DNA of 63,262 bases, counting the filler, from Bigelowiella natans CCMP2755 (lineage: Eukaryota; Protista; Cercozoa): assembly GCA_000320545.1 (NCBI GenBank). It is 6 parts of 6 records of this genome, joined end to end, with 100 filler letters (N's around TTAATTAATTAA, not from the genome) between each part and the next. Parts side by side here need not be neighbours in the genome. Positions count along the whole stretch, not along the records: positions 1 to 27,921 come from ADNK01000952.1; 5 more parts are not named here. One strand, given 5' to 3'. The notes under the pieces are model-generated. The model saw only the letters and a program-made list of their open reading frames with translations. It had not been told where the DNA came from and searched no databases. The translations under genes and the position numbers were made by a program. Position 1 is the first letter of the stretch. The number at the start of each line of letters is the position of its first letter. This document shows, one piece after another, positions 12,398 through 26,003 of the stretch.

Positions 12398-15096
12398 AGG
12401 AGGTGTCATTCGCCGCCATTAGTTAATAAACACCTTTTTAGCAAGACCCCCCCCCCCCCCCCCCCCCCCCCTTACTCATTTTTTGTTACCACTCAAGGCA
12501 TCCGGTTTGGAAAGCGGAAGCGCTCGCTTTTGTTTCGTCGCCACTCGTTGCAACACGTGCTGAGCGTTCTCGGCACTCCAGATCAGGTCACTGATTCTCA
12601 TCATCGTCAGCATCATATCATCACCATCATCATTAACATTAACATCATCATCATCATCATCATCATCATCATTATCACAGTGCTGCTTATTATTTCTGAT
12701 CATCACCATTCGCGCTTGGTACTGCAGGTGCATGTCAAAGAGGCGGATAGTATGCGGATCCATCGCCCTTCAGATGGAAAGCAGGGTATCACTGCTAGGG
12801 CGCAGAGAAGGGGGGGGGTGAGGGAAAGGGGAGAAGAAGGAAAGGGGAGAAGAGGAAGATAACAAAACCGAAAAAGCACAAAACAGAGAATATGATAGAG
12901 ATTCTTTCATCGTAGCCATAGGAAGTATCATGAACATCTTACATATATATATATATATATATATATATTATTTCCCTTTATGCTTGCGTGTGCGTGTATG
13001 CGCGCGAGCGCACGATGTAAACTAGTAACTCCCCACGCGGCACGAAATGAGTCGCATGCTTCTCTCACAATCCCTCCATTCTTATAACCGTCCTCAAACG
13101 TTGGCATCAGGCAAAGATGCTCCGGGCGAGCGGGATTACTTCCTCAACTACTTCAAGCTTGGGGTGGGGCCTACTACTTGCCTGCCTGTTGGCTCTCACT
13201 CGAACAACAACGATGACGAATGACGACGCCGATGATTCATGCAGCGATGATGGTTTTCATTCCGCGACTCGAGAATGGCCGTGATGCGAGACGAAAGTTG
13301 ACGTTGTGTGAAGTCACAAATACGGGCAAAGATATCATCTTTTGCCCCCCTTTTTCGTGCTTGAGCTGTATGTATCGCTTCACTCTTGGCAAGATTTTCA
13401 ACTTAATTGCGCCCCCCTCCCCCCCCCTCCCGCCTCCGTTTTCTCTGTATTTTCTGTCGTCTTCGTCGTCAAGATGGACATTCTGATAGACGGAGCTGCG
13501 CACACACTGAAGAAGATCGTCTTGCACACCAACATGCCCGCTACGAGAAACTTTAACCGATACAACAGGTGTGGTAGTAGGGATAGGCACATAAGAAGAA
13601 GAAGAACCAGAAGGATCTCTCTCCTGAGAGGTCTAGTTCTCAATCCTATGACAAGATTTGTTTGATTGGTTACTCCTTCTGCTGCTGGTCCTTAGATGTA
13701 ACTATCAGATCATGGTGAGCGATATGCCGCCTCCTCCAGTCGAAGTCGCTTCCACCACCTCCTCCTCCCCCTCCTCCCAATCAGGCAGACACTCCTCTGT
13801 TGCTCCTACTACACTGCCCTCCTCTTCATCGCCATCATTCAGCGCCCTGTCCCCGCCACAGAATGGCATACTGCCATCATCATCATCTTCTTCTTCTTCA
13901 CCTTCTCCTCCCTCGTCATCGTCGGTGAAACAAGCATCTAGCCAGAGAATGGCTGCTGAGGGCGACACTGCTGGTACAACCAACAGATCACGGCTTGCTT
14001 CAAAGAAGAAGACGAAGAGAAAAAAAGTCACAGCTGGAAAATCGAGCGTGAGGAAAGGTGCTGCGCAGAAGAAGGAGGAGGAGGATGAGGATGAGGGGGG
14101 GGATGGGGAAAAGGACATGCCTCAAAACTCACTCTCTTCAAATAACCTACCTAATGCTGCTGAAGAAGAAGAAGAAAGAGGTGACGATAATAGTGATGAC
14201 AGCAAAGGAGTTGGAACTAAGGGGAAGAAGGACCATCAGCCCAAAAGCGAAGATAAGAGCAAAGTCGATTCCTCACACCCTCAGCAGCCGAGGGTCATCA
14301 CGTTCAGCACCAGGTAGCAGCAAACACCGCACGATGATGATGACGGCATGAGAACAAGGCCCCTTTCTCTCCGACGGGACGGGCTGAGCTGCAGATGTCT
14401 TTTTGCAATTAACAATCAATCGCATCATTCGCCGCAACCCCCCTACCCGCCCCCTGACCCATCAGCATCGACATCATGTTGGCCAACGGTGCCCCCATCG
14501 GTTGTTATTGTGTTTTAGGTGGGAGGAAGTGCAGCAGATACTTGGTGAGGCAGGGCGGCCGATGGTAAGTGAAAAGAGCACAATTATTCCAATATTAGCT
14601 ACCACGGCGGAGAATCTCTCCCTTATTTTAAGACTGTGTGGTTTCATCCCCCCCCCCCCCACAAACTTTCTTTTCACTCGTGCGCACATCTTGCTCTCTA
14701 AAATGATGCAGGTGTATGGGGGTGCTCCTGGCTTGCTAGACTATCCGAGATCGAACCACGGGGGGGGGGGGGGAGAAAAAAAAAAAAAAATTAAGGAGAA
14801 GGGGGCCCCCCCCCCCCCCCCCCCCCGGGGGGGGTCCTCCTTTAAGGGGGGAGTTATTAAAGGGAGGGGAAAAAAGAAATGTTTTTTGATGTGTGTGCGC
14901 GCGCTCTCACGATGCTGCTATACTCTGCGTCGTCGTGGCTACTCTCGCGATCCTGAATGAGATAACTCAACGCTATCCTATTGTCAGACCAATGATCCTC
15001 GGCGGGGCCAGCGAGCTCAATAGATTGAACCCATTCAAAAGCACGTATTTTTACCCTTATCCCGGCATCATATTCGAAGTCATTCCGGTAATAAAT

Positions 15097-15140
<44 letters not shown>

Positions 15141-15236
15141 TGTCTCAAGACCGACACATAGCTGAGTTCCGTAACAACCATAATAACCCAGAATAACAAC
15201 CACATTGCGAGCATAGTGCTATTCGCGACTACGTGA
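10743..15236 (+). CDS. PHAF1: PHAF1 / UPF0183 (C16orf70)-family protein (multi-exon, start approximate)
   Basis: Exons give [105 protein letters not shown]..IIFEV and NNHIASIVLF. These follow the known UPF0183 motif order. Stop TGA at 15234-15236. Confidence 0.85.
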
Positions 15237-16053
15237 TAAAGAGGGTGCATGCGATGCTGGAAGGGGTACAGCTGCGGCTTGATTGAAGTGCGCACGTCGT
15301 CTGCAGCAGCTGTGGTAAACGAGGAGGAGGAGCGGGTAAACATGCACGCACACCGATTATTATTGCGCGAGACAATGACGAGATTGCACGTGCACACGTA
15401 CGGCCACTTCGATCACGGTCATTATGCTGCGGGCTGCATCGATTGTATTAATTGCCATACCTGAAGAGCTCTTCAAACGAAGAGAAATTCGTTGGAACGT
15501 AATCTCACTCTGGAATTGAGCAGAGAGCAGTACATAGTCGGCGAAGCTAAGAAGAAGCAGTGTGGGTGGTGTAGGCATGTATGTATAGAAAGACTATAAA
15601 AAGCCGTGGGAGCTAAACACACGCTTCGATTGCGTCACAAAAGATATTTATTTGCATCATTATCTAACATATATATGCAGAAGCTGCGCGACATCTTGAT
15701 CTAGATATGATGTATTGCAGCAGCGGCGCAAAACCCGACGCGCATTGCAAGCTAACATCCATTGCATAGACCAAGCTGGACTACATGCTAAATAGATGCG
15801 ACGCTTAGCTGGCTGCGTTGGCCATGCAATCTTTAGGCAAATGATGTTTAGATGTGACATGCACGCACATGCTAGCATGGCCATATCGCAAGTCAGACAC
15901 TTCCCGACTATGCACTAATGCTAATTGTAATTACGAAGAGATTGGAGCTCTCAGCAGCCAAAACTACAAACTGAACAGACGGTAGACACGATGGGAATGA
16001 AACCAGAAAGTCAATTGGAGTTTCAATTTCAGGCACGGGTGGAATTCACATCA

Positions 16054-16773
16054 TTAAGTATCTTTCGTGAGTTCTTGCTGGGTGTAGCCTCTGTGCTTAC
16101 GGATCTCGGTCAAAATATCTTGGTTTGCAGTATTTTTCTGCAATGAAATCACATATAATAGGCGAACGTAAGGACCACAAAAAGCCTCTCGCGTGGACGA
16201 ATTACAAGTCATTTGGGTATGGGAAATGAAAGGATGATAGAAAGGACAAATCCTCCCACCGTCTATGGTCAGATAAAGCAGGAAAAACATCAAGGGTATA
16301 GGATCAACATGTCATAGAAAAGGAGAGCAAAGTCCAAAGAACCTCGAATTTGAGAGCCTTCTCTGCGAGGAATTGCGCTAGTTCCAGCCGCCCGAGCTTA
16401 AAACTACACGTCGCCAGTTCCACAAAGACTGCGCTGTCATTCAACCCGAATCGTAAGGCCTGTGTCAGGGCCTCCTTGGCCAGTAAGACGTTTCCTTTGC
16501 GCAGAGAAATGATAGCAAGTAGCCCCCAAACCTTTGGGTGCTCTCGGTCGAGTTCATTCGCGCAAACGAGGACGTGCCTGGCTATGTCCAGCTCGCCCAG
16601 ACGAATGCACGCCGCACCGCAGTGTAGCCACGATATTACCGACGGCACAAACTTGCACCATATCAAAGAGATCTAAGTATGGAATGTCATAAAGGTCCAT
16701 GCGAAAGTAGTGAATCAAACAAAGGCCACACGGACACTGGCACGGACACGCTCACGAAACGGCGCACACACTT

Positions 16774-16816
<43 letters not shown>

Positions 16817-18567
16817 CGCGCGCCACGCACGTATTATTGCTCCATGCATAAATGTAAGGGATGGACATCGGAGTGCGTACATCTTTGGCCTCCTTGAAGC
16901 GCTTCTTCTTCATATACAACTCGACGATTCTCCTGCACGCAAGCGGGTCCGCCGAGGCCACAGCCTCTCCCACCAGCCACTCGAAGTACACCTCGTAAGC
17001 GGTCGCGGCCTGCTCAAACTTCTCCTGCTCGAAATGCACATGCCCGAGTAGCCGCTGGATCTCGAGGAAGAGGGGCTCTCGCCCCATTTTGGTTTCGGGG
17101 ATGCTTTCCCCCGCGAGGTTCAGCGCGGTCTCTGCTTCGGCGTACTGCTTCTTCGTGCGAAGAAGCTTGGCTTGAGACACCAAGTACTCTGTGCTCTCCC
17201 CATGCCTTTGCTTCTCGTCTTCCAGCACTAGTTCGGCGGTCGCTGTGGCGCCCACTTCGAGCAGCTTCTCGGCCGCGAGCAGGAGAGCGGACTCCTGCTT
17301 GAGCCACGAATGCGGTGGGTCCCCCGCCGTCTTATTCAGGACATGCGAGGCCACGTCGCTGAAGCGCTTGGACCGTTTGTCGTCCGAGCCTCTTCGGTAG
17401 TAGAGAGCGAGGAGCGAGAACGCAAACGATACCGCTCGTCCTTGTTGGGACGAGGTCAGGGATGATTCTGTACCATCCTCTTCTCTACTACACGGAGCAC
17501 AGCCAGATGGTGGGGGCGGCTTTTCATCTATCAGGAGCTCCTCCACTATATCCAATACCTGTTTAAGTGAGGGAGACACTTAGCAGCAGTACGCAACGGT
17601 GGTGCCCTTCTCTTCATAATGATAAAAGCTACGATCATACCCCTAAGCCCCCCCCCCTCTCTCGATCACAGAAAACAACCCACCCGCTTCGCAGACTCCG
17701 ATGTGTTGATGCTGAATGAGTGTCCGCCTGCGCAACGATGGAGTGCCTTGAAGACAGCATGGAAGTTGGTCCTATAATCTTCCAACTCCTTCTTGAATTG
17801 CTCTAGATCTTCCTCTGGGAACGTGCTATCCTCTGGCGGCGGTTTCGAAATGGTATTGTAAATCTCGCCTGTTTCCGGGTCGACACGCCGGCACTGCACT
17901 CGCCTCTCCGCAATCCTGGATGAATTTCATTGCGGCACATATAACACAGATGAGTCTCGCGTGTTGGCTCGCGCGCAGCGTGCAGAGCAAATCGACTTCT
18001 GAGAAACACTCGCACCCACCCCCACATAGAACAACTACACAGCACGGTTGGACTAGATCGATCTTACTTGTCGCTGATCTCCAAACACAGCACCAGGCTG
18101 GGCATGATCTTCGCCTCCGACAGCGTGGTGAGGACCTTTTGGTCGACACTGTCCAGGAGCCATCCCTTACTGCTTCCCTCCTCTGCGGAGGCCTCACTTG
18201 CATTGCACGCCTTCAGCTTCTCGACCCAACCTTCCTCCTTAGTGGAGATTCTGGTGATGGGAAAGCGCTTCGCAAGCGCTTGCGCAAGGGTGGCTTTCCC
18301 AGCCCCGGGTGGGCCAATCATCGCTACCCGAAAGTGCTTAGTCTGGCTAGTAGCAGCAGCGTCCTTCGCATCAGTGTTGGCGGGGAGTAGCTGGGAGAGG
18401 ACGGAGCGTGTGAAAGCCGCCGATTCTGTGACGGATCCGTTGTCGATCAGGATGGCGCTGTACATGCTTCTCGGCTCCCAGTTGAGGGAGTCGAAGCGCA
18501 GAGAAGCTTCGAGGGCCGCAGCGCACAAGTCGGGCTTGTACCGCCTTTTTGAATAATGAACATAGAC

Positions 18568-18604
<37 letters not shown>

Positions 18605-19091
18605 CGAGAGCGAGAGAGAGAGAGGGGGAGAGAGAGAGAGAGGGAGACAACATAGAAGTAGTACAGAAAAAAATGCGGATGTCAGTCAGGATGAACGGTG
18701 GGAGACCCTGCTGGTGCCTCTATGTGTGTGGAAAAGGGCTTGTTTCTAAAAGCCGAGCCTGGAAAATATGTCCAAAATCATTTACCCGAGCATCTTGGCG
18801 AATCTGAAGATCCTCGTCGCTTGTTCGGCTGGCATCACGATCCTAGGGTATTCTTTCAACACGTCCTGAATGCTGCGATCATTATGCTCGCCACCTGAGC
18901 TAATGCCTTGCAGCAGGACGCGCTTGTACACCCCAATCGCGCCCTCGATGTCGCCTACGGCTGCCCTGTTATCAGCGTGGTCCATTGCCTTCTCTACGTC
19001 CAGATCCGGAGAGGAAGAATCTCCTTCTTAAAATATGAAACCATTTTACTTCATTATCTTACACGCAAACGTGCACACAAGTACAGTATAG

Positions 19092-19139
<48 letters not shown>

Positions 19140-20547
19140 GTTACTGCTCTCTCGTGTGGTGTGTGCATATATGTGCTCTGCCCTGATGATGTCTTCCCCT
19201 TCCTTGTCTATCTCTACCAACAACCTTTGTGGTCCTCCGACCCCCCTCCTGTTTCTGGGTTCATGCGGGAGTTTACAGCCAGATTGGCCTGCTTGAGCAG
19301 CAGCGAGTACATGATTGAAAGAGTCTGAGCCTGCAGCTGGGTGCCATTTCCGAGCTTCCACAGCTCGTCTTCAAGGTTCCCCTCCTTTATTCCATCGTTG
19401 CCATAATTGCCTTCGCCACCGCCTCCACCTTGCTTCTGACGAAGAATCCTGTCTTTCGATCTTCGCACGGTGCGTTGGCGCGTAATGGCCTCCTCGTAGC
19501 TGTAATAAGAATTGAGAGTGAGACAACTTTACTACTGCTACTACGGTTGCTGCTGCTGCTACTACTGCATAAATGTAACGTTCCCTCACGGGGTTCGCCC
19601 AAACCAAAGCGACAACCAGATTGAGCAGACTGCTACTACAAATATTTAGGATTATTGCGTTGTTATTTATTACCGCTTCAGCAGCGTGGAGTCCGCAACT
19701 ACATGGGCAGCAGCAGCCTTCAGACGCTCTTTAATGTCGACGTAGCCACCCGTTGTATTGAGCAGGTAGAGGAGCTTACGCCTCAGTTTTGATTCCGAAA
19801 CTCCGGTCTCCATGGAATGCTTTGCTACGGTCTCCTTGACCGTGACGGCTATGTCCTCCATTGCCTCTTCGATTCTCAGCCGAAAGCTCTGCCGTGCGTT
19901 TAAGTACGTCGGCTCTGGAGGCACGGCGGGCTTGATCACATCCGACACCTCTATCTTTGGCGAAAACTTGGGAGGAAAATAGAGGCTATATTAGGGCAGC
20001 GGAACGCATCTGTATCGACTGCTTGTATTACTACTACTAAGACTATGAGATGTTAGTGTTTAGTGTTCCTCACCACTTTATCCACCAACGGCCGGAGAAA
20101 AGAGATCTCGACGAGAAGGAAGCTCTGAATCTTCCGCAACTCTTCAAAGGGGTCCTTTGGAGCTTCGTCCTCTCCCTCCTTCTCTTCACTTTCCTTTTCC
20201 CCCTCCTCCTTGGCATTCTCTGCGCTGCTACCTTCCTCCTTCTTGTCGGAATCTTCTGCGGCCGCCTTTGCATCATCATCATCGCCACCATTTTTTGGAG
20301 CAGGAGGAAGGTCCCATTCGACGGGAAACTCTCCCTCCAAACAGTCGTTATCAAACGACAACAACGATGCGAAATCGATGAGAACAGTTCCCTTCAAAAC
20401 GTCGCTCACTTCTTTTGGTTCGCCGCCTTCTTCTTCTGCCTCTTCCATTCGCTTATATTCGCGTACGATTCTAACCTCAAGAGGTGCAGAACTTGAGGCC
20501 TGATGTGATTGGGAAATCAGCGTGCGCGTGTGTGTGAGTGTGTGTGT

Positions 20548-20595
<48 letters not shown>

Positions 20596-22236
20596 GGGGA
20601 GAGATACTGAATGCTATTACCATGTCAATCACACGCTGCTTGGCTTTGTTATTGAGGAAGGTCTTCCATTCGTGGTTCCAAACTACGCGTGCTCCGTCCA
20701 CTTCTTCCTTCGTTTCCTCGCCACTAGCATCATTATCTTTATTATCCTCCTCTTTCTTTCCTTCCTCCTCCTTCTTCCCTTCCTCCTCCTTCTTCCCTTC
20801 CTCATCCTTCTTCCCTTCCTCCTGCACTCCCCCATCTTCCTCAGTGCGCTTAACTTGTTCCACCATAGTCGACGTTGCCACATACTCTCTTTCAGAACCG
20901 TCGCCTTTGGGAATTGAAAAGGACACGGTGAAAGTTTGTTTGGGCGGTGACTTTCCTTCATCTCCCTCTTTCTCCTCGTCGTCGCTCCCCCCCCCAGCGG
21001 GGATTTTGGCCCAATTTTTGGGGACTTCGTTCAAGGCCTTGACAAGCACTCTCATTACAGTGTTCTCTTTTTCCTCCGCTTCAGTTGTGAGCTGTTCGTC
21101 GACCCAGACCCTTACCCTAAGAGTGGGCTTGCTTTCCTCCTCCTGTGGACTCTCTTTCTGCTCTTCCTTTGCCTCCTCATCCTTAGCATCTTCTTCTGAA
21201 GATTCCGTGGAGGTTGGCACCACCTCAAGGACATCCTCGAATTCTACGTCCCCCGAAGCGATGCAAGACAAGTCAATCTGCAAAGCACCAAAAATCGGCC
21301 AGAGATGATTAGATCAATGCTTTTTCCAACGTACCGCTTCCCACAACAGAAGAAATCACAAAACAGGGTAGGTTGAGTTTACCATTGCAGTTCCAATTTC
21401 TTTCTCATCACTGCTAGAAAGCTTGACAACTACCGGCTTCGACACGAGAGAATTTAAAACCTCCTGCATAATACGAAGATGATGGGGAAGTATCTTCACC
21501 CCCCACACGCACACTAGAGCACTAACCCGACTTCAATTATTGGCTATTGTTTTTGTTCCTATGATTTCATTCTATGTGCGACTCTACTAAGTATCACTGC
21601 TATCGTCAAAATTAGCATATGGACGATTACATAAATTGTATACATATTTTATCATTTAAATAAATATTTGGTTCTACAATTTCAACCTCATTTTTCTCGA
21701 CTTCCTGCGTACAATAGAAATTGTACTCCGGGTCATTGCCAGCTACGGCAAGAGACTTCTGCCAATTGCGATTTCGTATTAAAAAATGTTTTGTGTGGAT
21801 GCTTTAAGACTGCCAGCTGCACAATTCATATGTATTTGCAATTACACTATTCTATTCCCCTGCATTATCATTATACCTTAACTTCAGGCTGCTCCTTTCC
21901 AGCGTCCGTAAAGAGGTTGTATGACAAGGTAATGCTGCTGTCTCCTTCCTCTCCATCTGCCTCTTGGTCCGCATTCTGTTTTCGGAGCTTGTCGAAGCCT
22001 GAGCCACTAAGGATGCCAATAGCTAAAAAGAAAAAATCTCAAGTTATACTACAATATCCCACTGGATTTCGATTGGACTCCATTTCATTGCACGAGGTGC
22101 CCATTCCTACCCTCCAGCTTGCTACTTAGACTCTATTGGCGGATAATCATGAATGTTTACTTATTCGATGTTTTGTCACGGCCTCTGGGACCGACGACAC
22201 TTTCATAGCCAGTCCATCCGGAGGGCGAGAAGGCAT
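16054..22236 (-). CDS. CFAP70: CFAP70 (TTC18)-like ciliary TPR protein with an internal adenylate-kinase-like insertion (multi-exon)
   Basis: N-terminal C2-like strands, LLVEISFLRPLV, LLYLLNTTGGYVDIKERLKAAAAHVV, and C-terminal TPRs (SWLHCGAACIRLGELDIARHVLVCANELDREHPKVWGLLA) resembling CFAP70. P-loop GPPGAGKAT at ~18290-18320. Gene ends approximate. Confidence 0.75.
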
Positions 22237-22674
22237 TCGAAACTGGACGGTTGCGGTTTCTTTTGCACCACCGCCTTGCTCGTTCGCCAGCGCTCCTCGG
22301 TTTTTTCACGCCGGCTAGTCACCCAAGCTTAACCTGTTTCAGACATGCGACAAGAAAATATCTAAAGACGCTGATATCTTTTTCAGAGGATTTGATTCCC
22401 GTTTCCTCCCTCTCTCCCCTCTGCAGGTCATCAGATATTATCGGGTTATATTCTTGTCACAGTTACCGTATTGTTTCAGTTCAGCTCGCCAGTCCGAAGG
22501 CAAAATACAGGCTAAAATCCCGACGAGACAACACGCGACCTCCGCATTATGAGCTGTTTTGAGGCAAAAGCAGATTAGAGGAAAAGAGAAACGGATAGTG
22601 TGCTTGCGACATGCAATATTTCAGCAGAACTCTGTAACTCCTCGCACACTTGTAACGTCGCAACAAGGACAGCA
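22237..22674. promoter_or_regulatory. Probable bidirectional promoter between the CFAP70-like and EF-hand genes
   Basis: About 440 bp between divergent start codons. Confidence 0.4.
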
Positions 22675-24053
22675 ATGGGGTCATGCTGCTCCTTGATCCT
22701 GCCGAGTGTCGACCATAATGACGTGTCGATTCGAGGAGTGCAGCAGTAAGTGCCTTCCTATTCTATTTCAATTCCCTCTCAATGAGTACTGATCTGAATT
22801 GAATCGGTGTTGGACAGACGGTTTAAGTTGACGAAGCAAGAGATGCAAGTCATGAAGAGCAAGTTCAACAATGTTGACAGGGATAGAAGCGGATTGGTCG
22901 ATTTCGACGAGTTTTTCGATTTTATTCAGGAACCATCGAAAGAGGTACTAAATTGAACATTCATGTATCATAGTACTCTGCGTGATAACGAAATTATTCC
23001 TTCAGCTGCTTTCGATCGTGTTCAAGCTTATCACTCAAGTACCCGAGAAAGAGTTTGACTTCCCCTCGTGGTGCACAGCGATTCTCGGATTTTGCACCTT
23101 GACTCATGATGAACTCGTAAGATCGGTAAAACCCTCGCATCTCTTGTTTCCAAGCAAGGACTCATTCTGGTTCCCTCTCCTCATTTTTTTCCTCACACAT
23201 ACCTCCGCAGATGTACTTCTTGCACGACGTGGATAAGAATGGGTTTCTCGATATCTCGGAGCTTACAGTCTTGCTAGAAAATATGCACCAGGAAAACGAA
23301 ATTTTCCCTTCGCAGCTGACCGCTTCTATTGTCCAGCACTATATCCTCGAGGACGGGAAGATGGATTTCGAGGAATTTAAACATGCTTGTCAAACTCATC
23401 CAATGATCCTGTGGCCACTCTTCAGGATACAGCACCGTATGCGTAGAAACCTTCTTGGTCGTAAGTTCTGGGAGAAAATTGATGGACGTTTAGAAGATAT
23501 ATATAAGGAGGATTTATCTAAAAAAGGAGGTTTACCACCTAGCGAGTTCGCACAACTAAAGGAGTTCGTCGACGTGTATATTTGCACCTTCTGCGGGTGC
23601 TATGACAAAGATGCAGTCATCCAAAGTGAAATCGAAGCTGGTGAAAAGGACATTGCATTCCAGAGAGCTCTCGGTGAATTTGATCCTGATCCAGAACTTG
23701 TTAGATATCGTGAAGAGCTTGAGGAGAAACGAAAACGGCATATTAAGGAGGCGAAGGGAGGAGGACCAACAAGTGAGGATTCGTCCGAAGCAGAAGAGTC
23801 GGTTTCGGAAGTTGTTATTAAGGAGGACGACGATGAATATGGAGAGACAAGCGAACATAAGGCGCAACTTGAGGCCACTAAGGGCTTAGTACAGGAGAAG
23901 AAGGACAAGGATAGGGAAGCGCGGCGGATTAACCCGAAGTATTATGATCAGGATCATTTTGACTCCGAGTGGTATGACTACAGTGATGAAATAAGGGACC
24001 TCGGAGAGTTGTCCGTAGATTATGATGAGCATCCAGACAGTAGAAAGATATAA
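22675..24053 (+). CDS. EF-hand Ca2+-binding protein (calcineurin-B/recoverin-like) with N-terminal MGSCCS acylation motif and acidic tail, 4 exons
   Basis: ATG GGG TCA TGC TGC at 22675. EF loops DRDRSGLVDFDE and DVDKNGFLDISE. GT-AG introns. Last exon is ORF 23211-24053. Confidence 0.8.
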
Positions 24054-24900
24054 TAGCTAAGGAGGAATACGACGAACGATGGCAGTCTCCCAAGAGTATA
24101 GAATTTGTTTTTGAGAAGCTCTGAAAATGGGTTCCCGCACACAAAATTGCGCGAGTGGTGAAACGATTGCCAATCTTCTTTTTTTGCGAAAATTAGAAGA
24201 TCCATACGTGACGGCGGAAGATCCCACAGTATATGTTTATTTCACACACTAGTGATGAGGCTGTTCTCCGTCTCCGTGGATTAGGCCATTCATTTAGTCG
24301 CCAGTTCCACTTGGCTACACCATGATTTATGCATAGCAGTACATGTAAAGATAAGAACAATGCATGACTTTGCTTGTGCCATATGTTAATGAGCACGGTA
24401 TTCGCGCATGGTAGTTGTATCTGCGACTAGTGAGCAAGGCAGGAAAGTACCAGCGTAAGTAATGAACACGTAACAATTATTGCGCATGTCACTCGCAGCT
24501 CGATTACGCGCAAGGACTAGTGGAGCTCACTTTTTGCTGTTCAAGCACAATGATGCATTCTCTGGAATCTTTCAACGCTGTGTCTCTCACTCATTTTGCT
24601 TGCACATTATTGTTGCACACGTGCTGACATGTACACGTGCTTCTATACTTCATGCGCGAGCACATGCTATGACGCATTGCATCGCAAACAAAAAGAGAGA
24701 CAGCTCTGTGCTTCCACAGAGAGAAGCAAGTGCGCAGCCATCACCGCTCTGTACCGCTAATCGATGAAGCAATTAGCAGAAGAGCACACTCCTTCCATGA
24801 AAAAATCCCCAACTGGCAATCGCTAGCGGGGAAGCACCGCAAAATTCACAGCCCAAAACATCACCTACTGCGGACCCACTGCTAAACTAAATTGCTAGAA

Positions 24901-25670
24901 TGACATGGCAAAAATCATTGGCACAGCACATGTCTTTCATCAAAATGATCTTTGCAAAAATGACATCGCGTTTGCTCTCCGCCTGCGCCCACAATTTTCT
25001 CGTTTCTGCGCCAGAATTCTTTCTCTTTTGCCTCTCTTTGATTCGGGGTGTGCATCTAGGTGCTGTGAGGCAGGCAATGGCACTTGCATGTGTCTTGTTC
25101 ATCATCACTCTCTTGAATTGGCAAGCAAGGGAAATGACAGCTGCGCAATCTCTGCTTTGGGACAGCTAGGTCTTTGGTTTTCCACCTTCCGACGTCACAT
25201 GCGCCTGCGCCTCATTGCATTTCCCAATGATGTCTCTCCCTGCGCTGTCATCCCAGAGACCTCAGGAACCACGAAAATGAGATGGCATTTGAGATCTTTC
25301 GAGAGCGCTTTCGAAGCAGCTTTCAAGAGCCGATCAGGACAACTCAACAAGACGCACGCGTGCAGTCAACACTCACGCGCCGCGCCACTGACGCTACACA
25401 ACGCGACGTGCCAATTCATCCACGTCCTCCCCATGCGCAATCAGCCAACCAAAAGCACCATGGAAGTGCAAAGCATTGGGGTCGCACAAAAAGAAAGAAA
25501 TTTTGAGAAAGAAAGAAACCTTGTTGATCGACCACGTTTCCAAAGTGTTGCATGACACTTGCAAAGTGCGAAACGCAGTGCCTCGGGCTGAAAACGAGGA
25601 CTCGCTGGCATGCAGCGGCGATGACATGGCCAGTGATCAACACATCAACACCGATGTTCGAAAGAACAAC
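24901..25670. other. TpA-depleted intergenic island
   Basis: Hand count gives 3 TA dinucleotides in 770 bp (two CTAG, one CTAC). TG and CA are abundant. Confidence 0.8.
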
Positions 25671-26003
25671 GGTATTTACAGAAGAAATCCCGGCCAGTGC
25701 CACAACCCCCGACATTCACATGCTGATTGTGACAAATACCGGTGTTTACACCAGGGATCCCGGTCAGTAGAACATCGTGCTTCCGCCTTCCTTCATCAGT
25801 TTCAATCGTAGGCTGAACGGTTACGGGAAGGAGGAGGGAGAAGAGGAAGAAGAAGAAGAAGAAGAAGATACAGAGAAAGAGGAGTCTGGCGTAAGGAGCT
25901 TCCGGAAGACTAACTGCCACAGGGAAAGAATGGTGCACCCGAGAGAAAACTAAAAACTGGTGATCTACGTTGAGGGCCTGCGGTCTGCGGTGTAGTAAGC
26001 TTG

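Noticed and set aside
14760-14890. G/A/C homopolymer-rich block within PHAF1
   Set aside because: Looks like low-quality read sequence after a poly-G run.
24887-25811. Several overlapping ORFs on both strands (also at 35050-35721)
   Set aside because: TpA depletion removes TAA/TAG stops and inflates ORFs. No recognisable protein.
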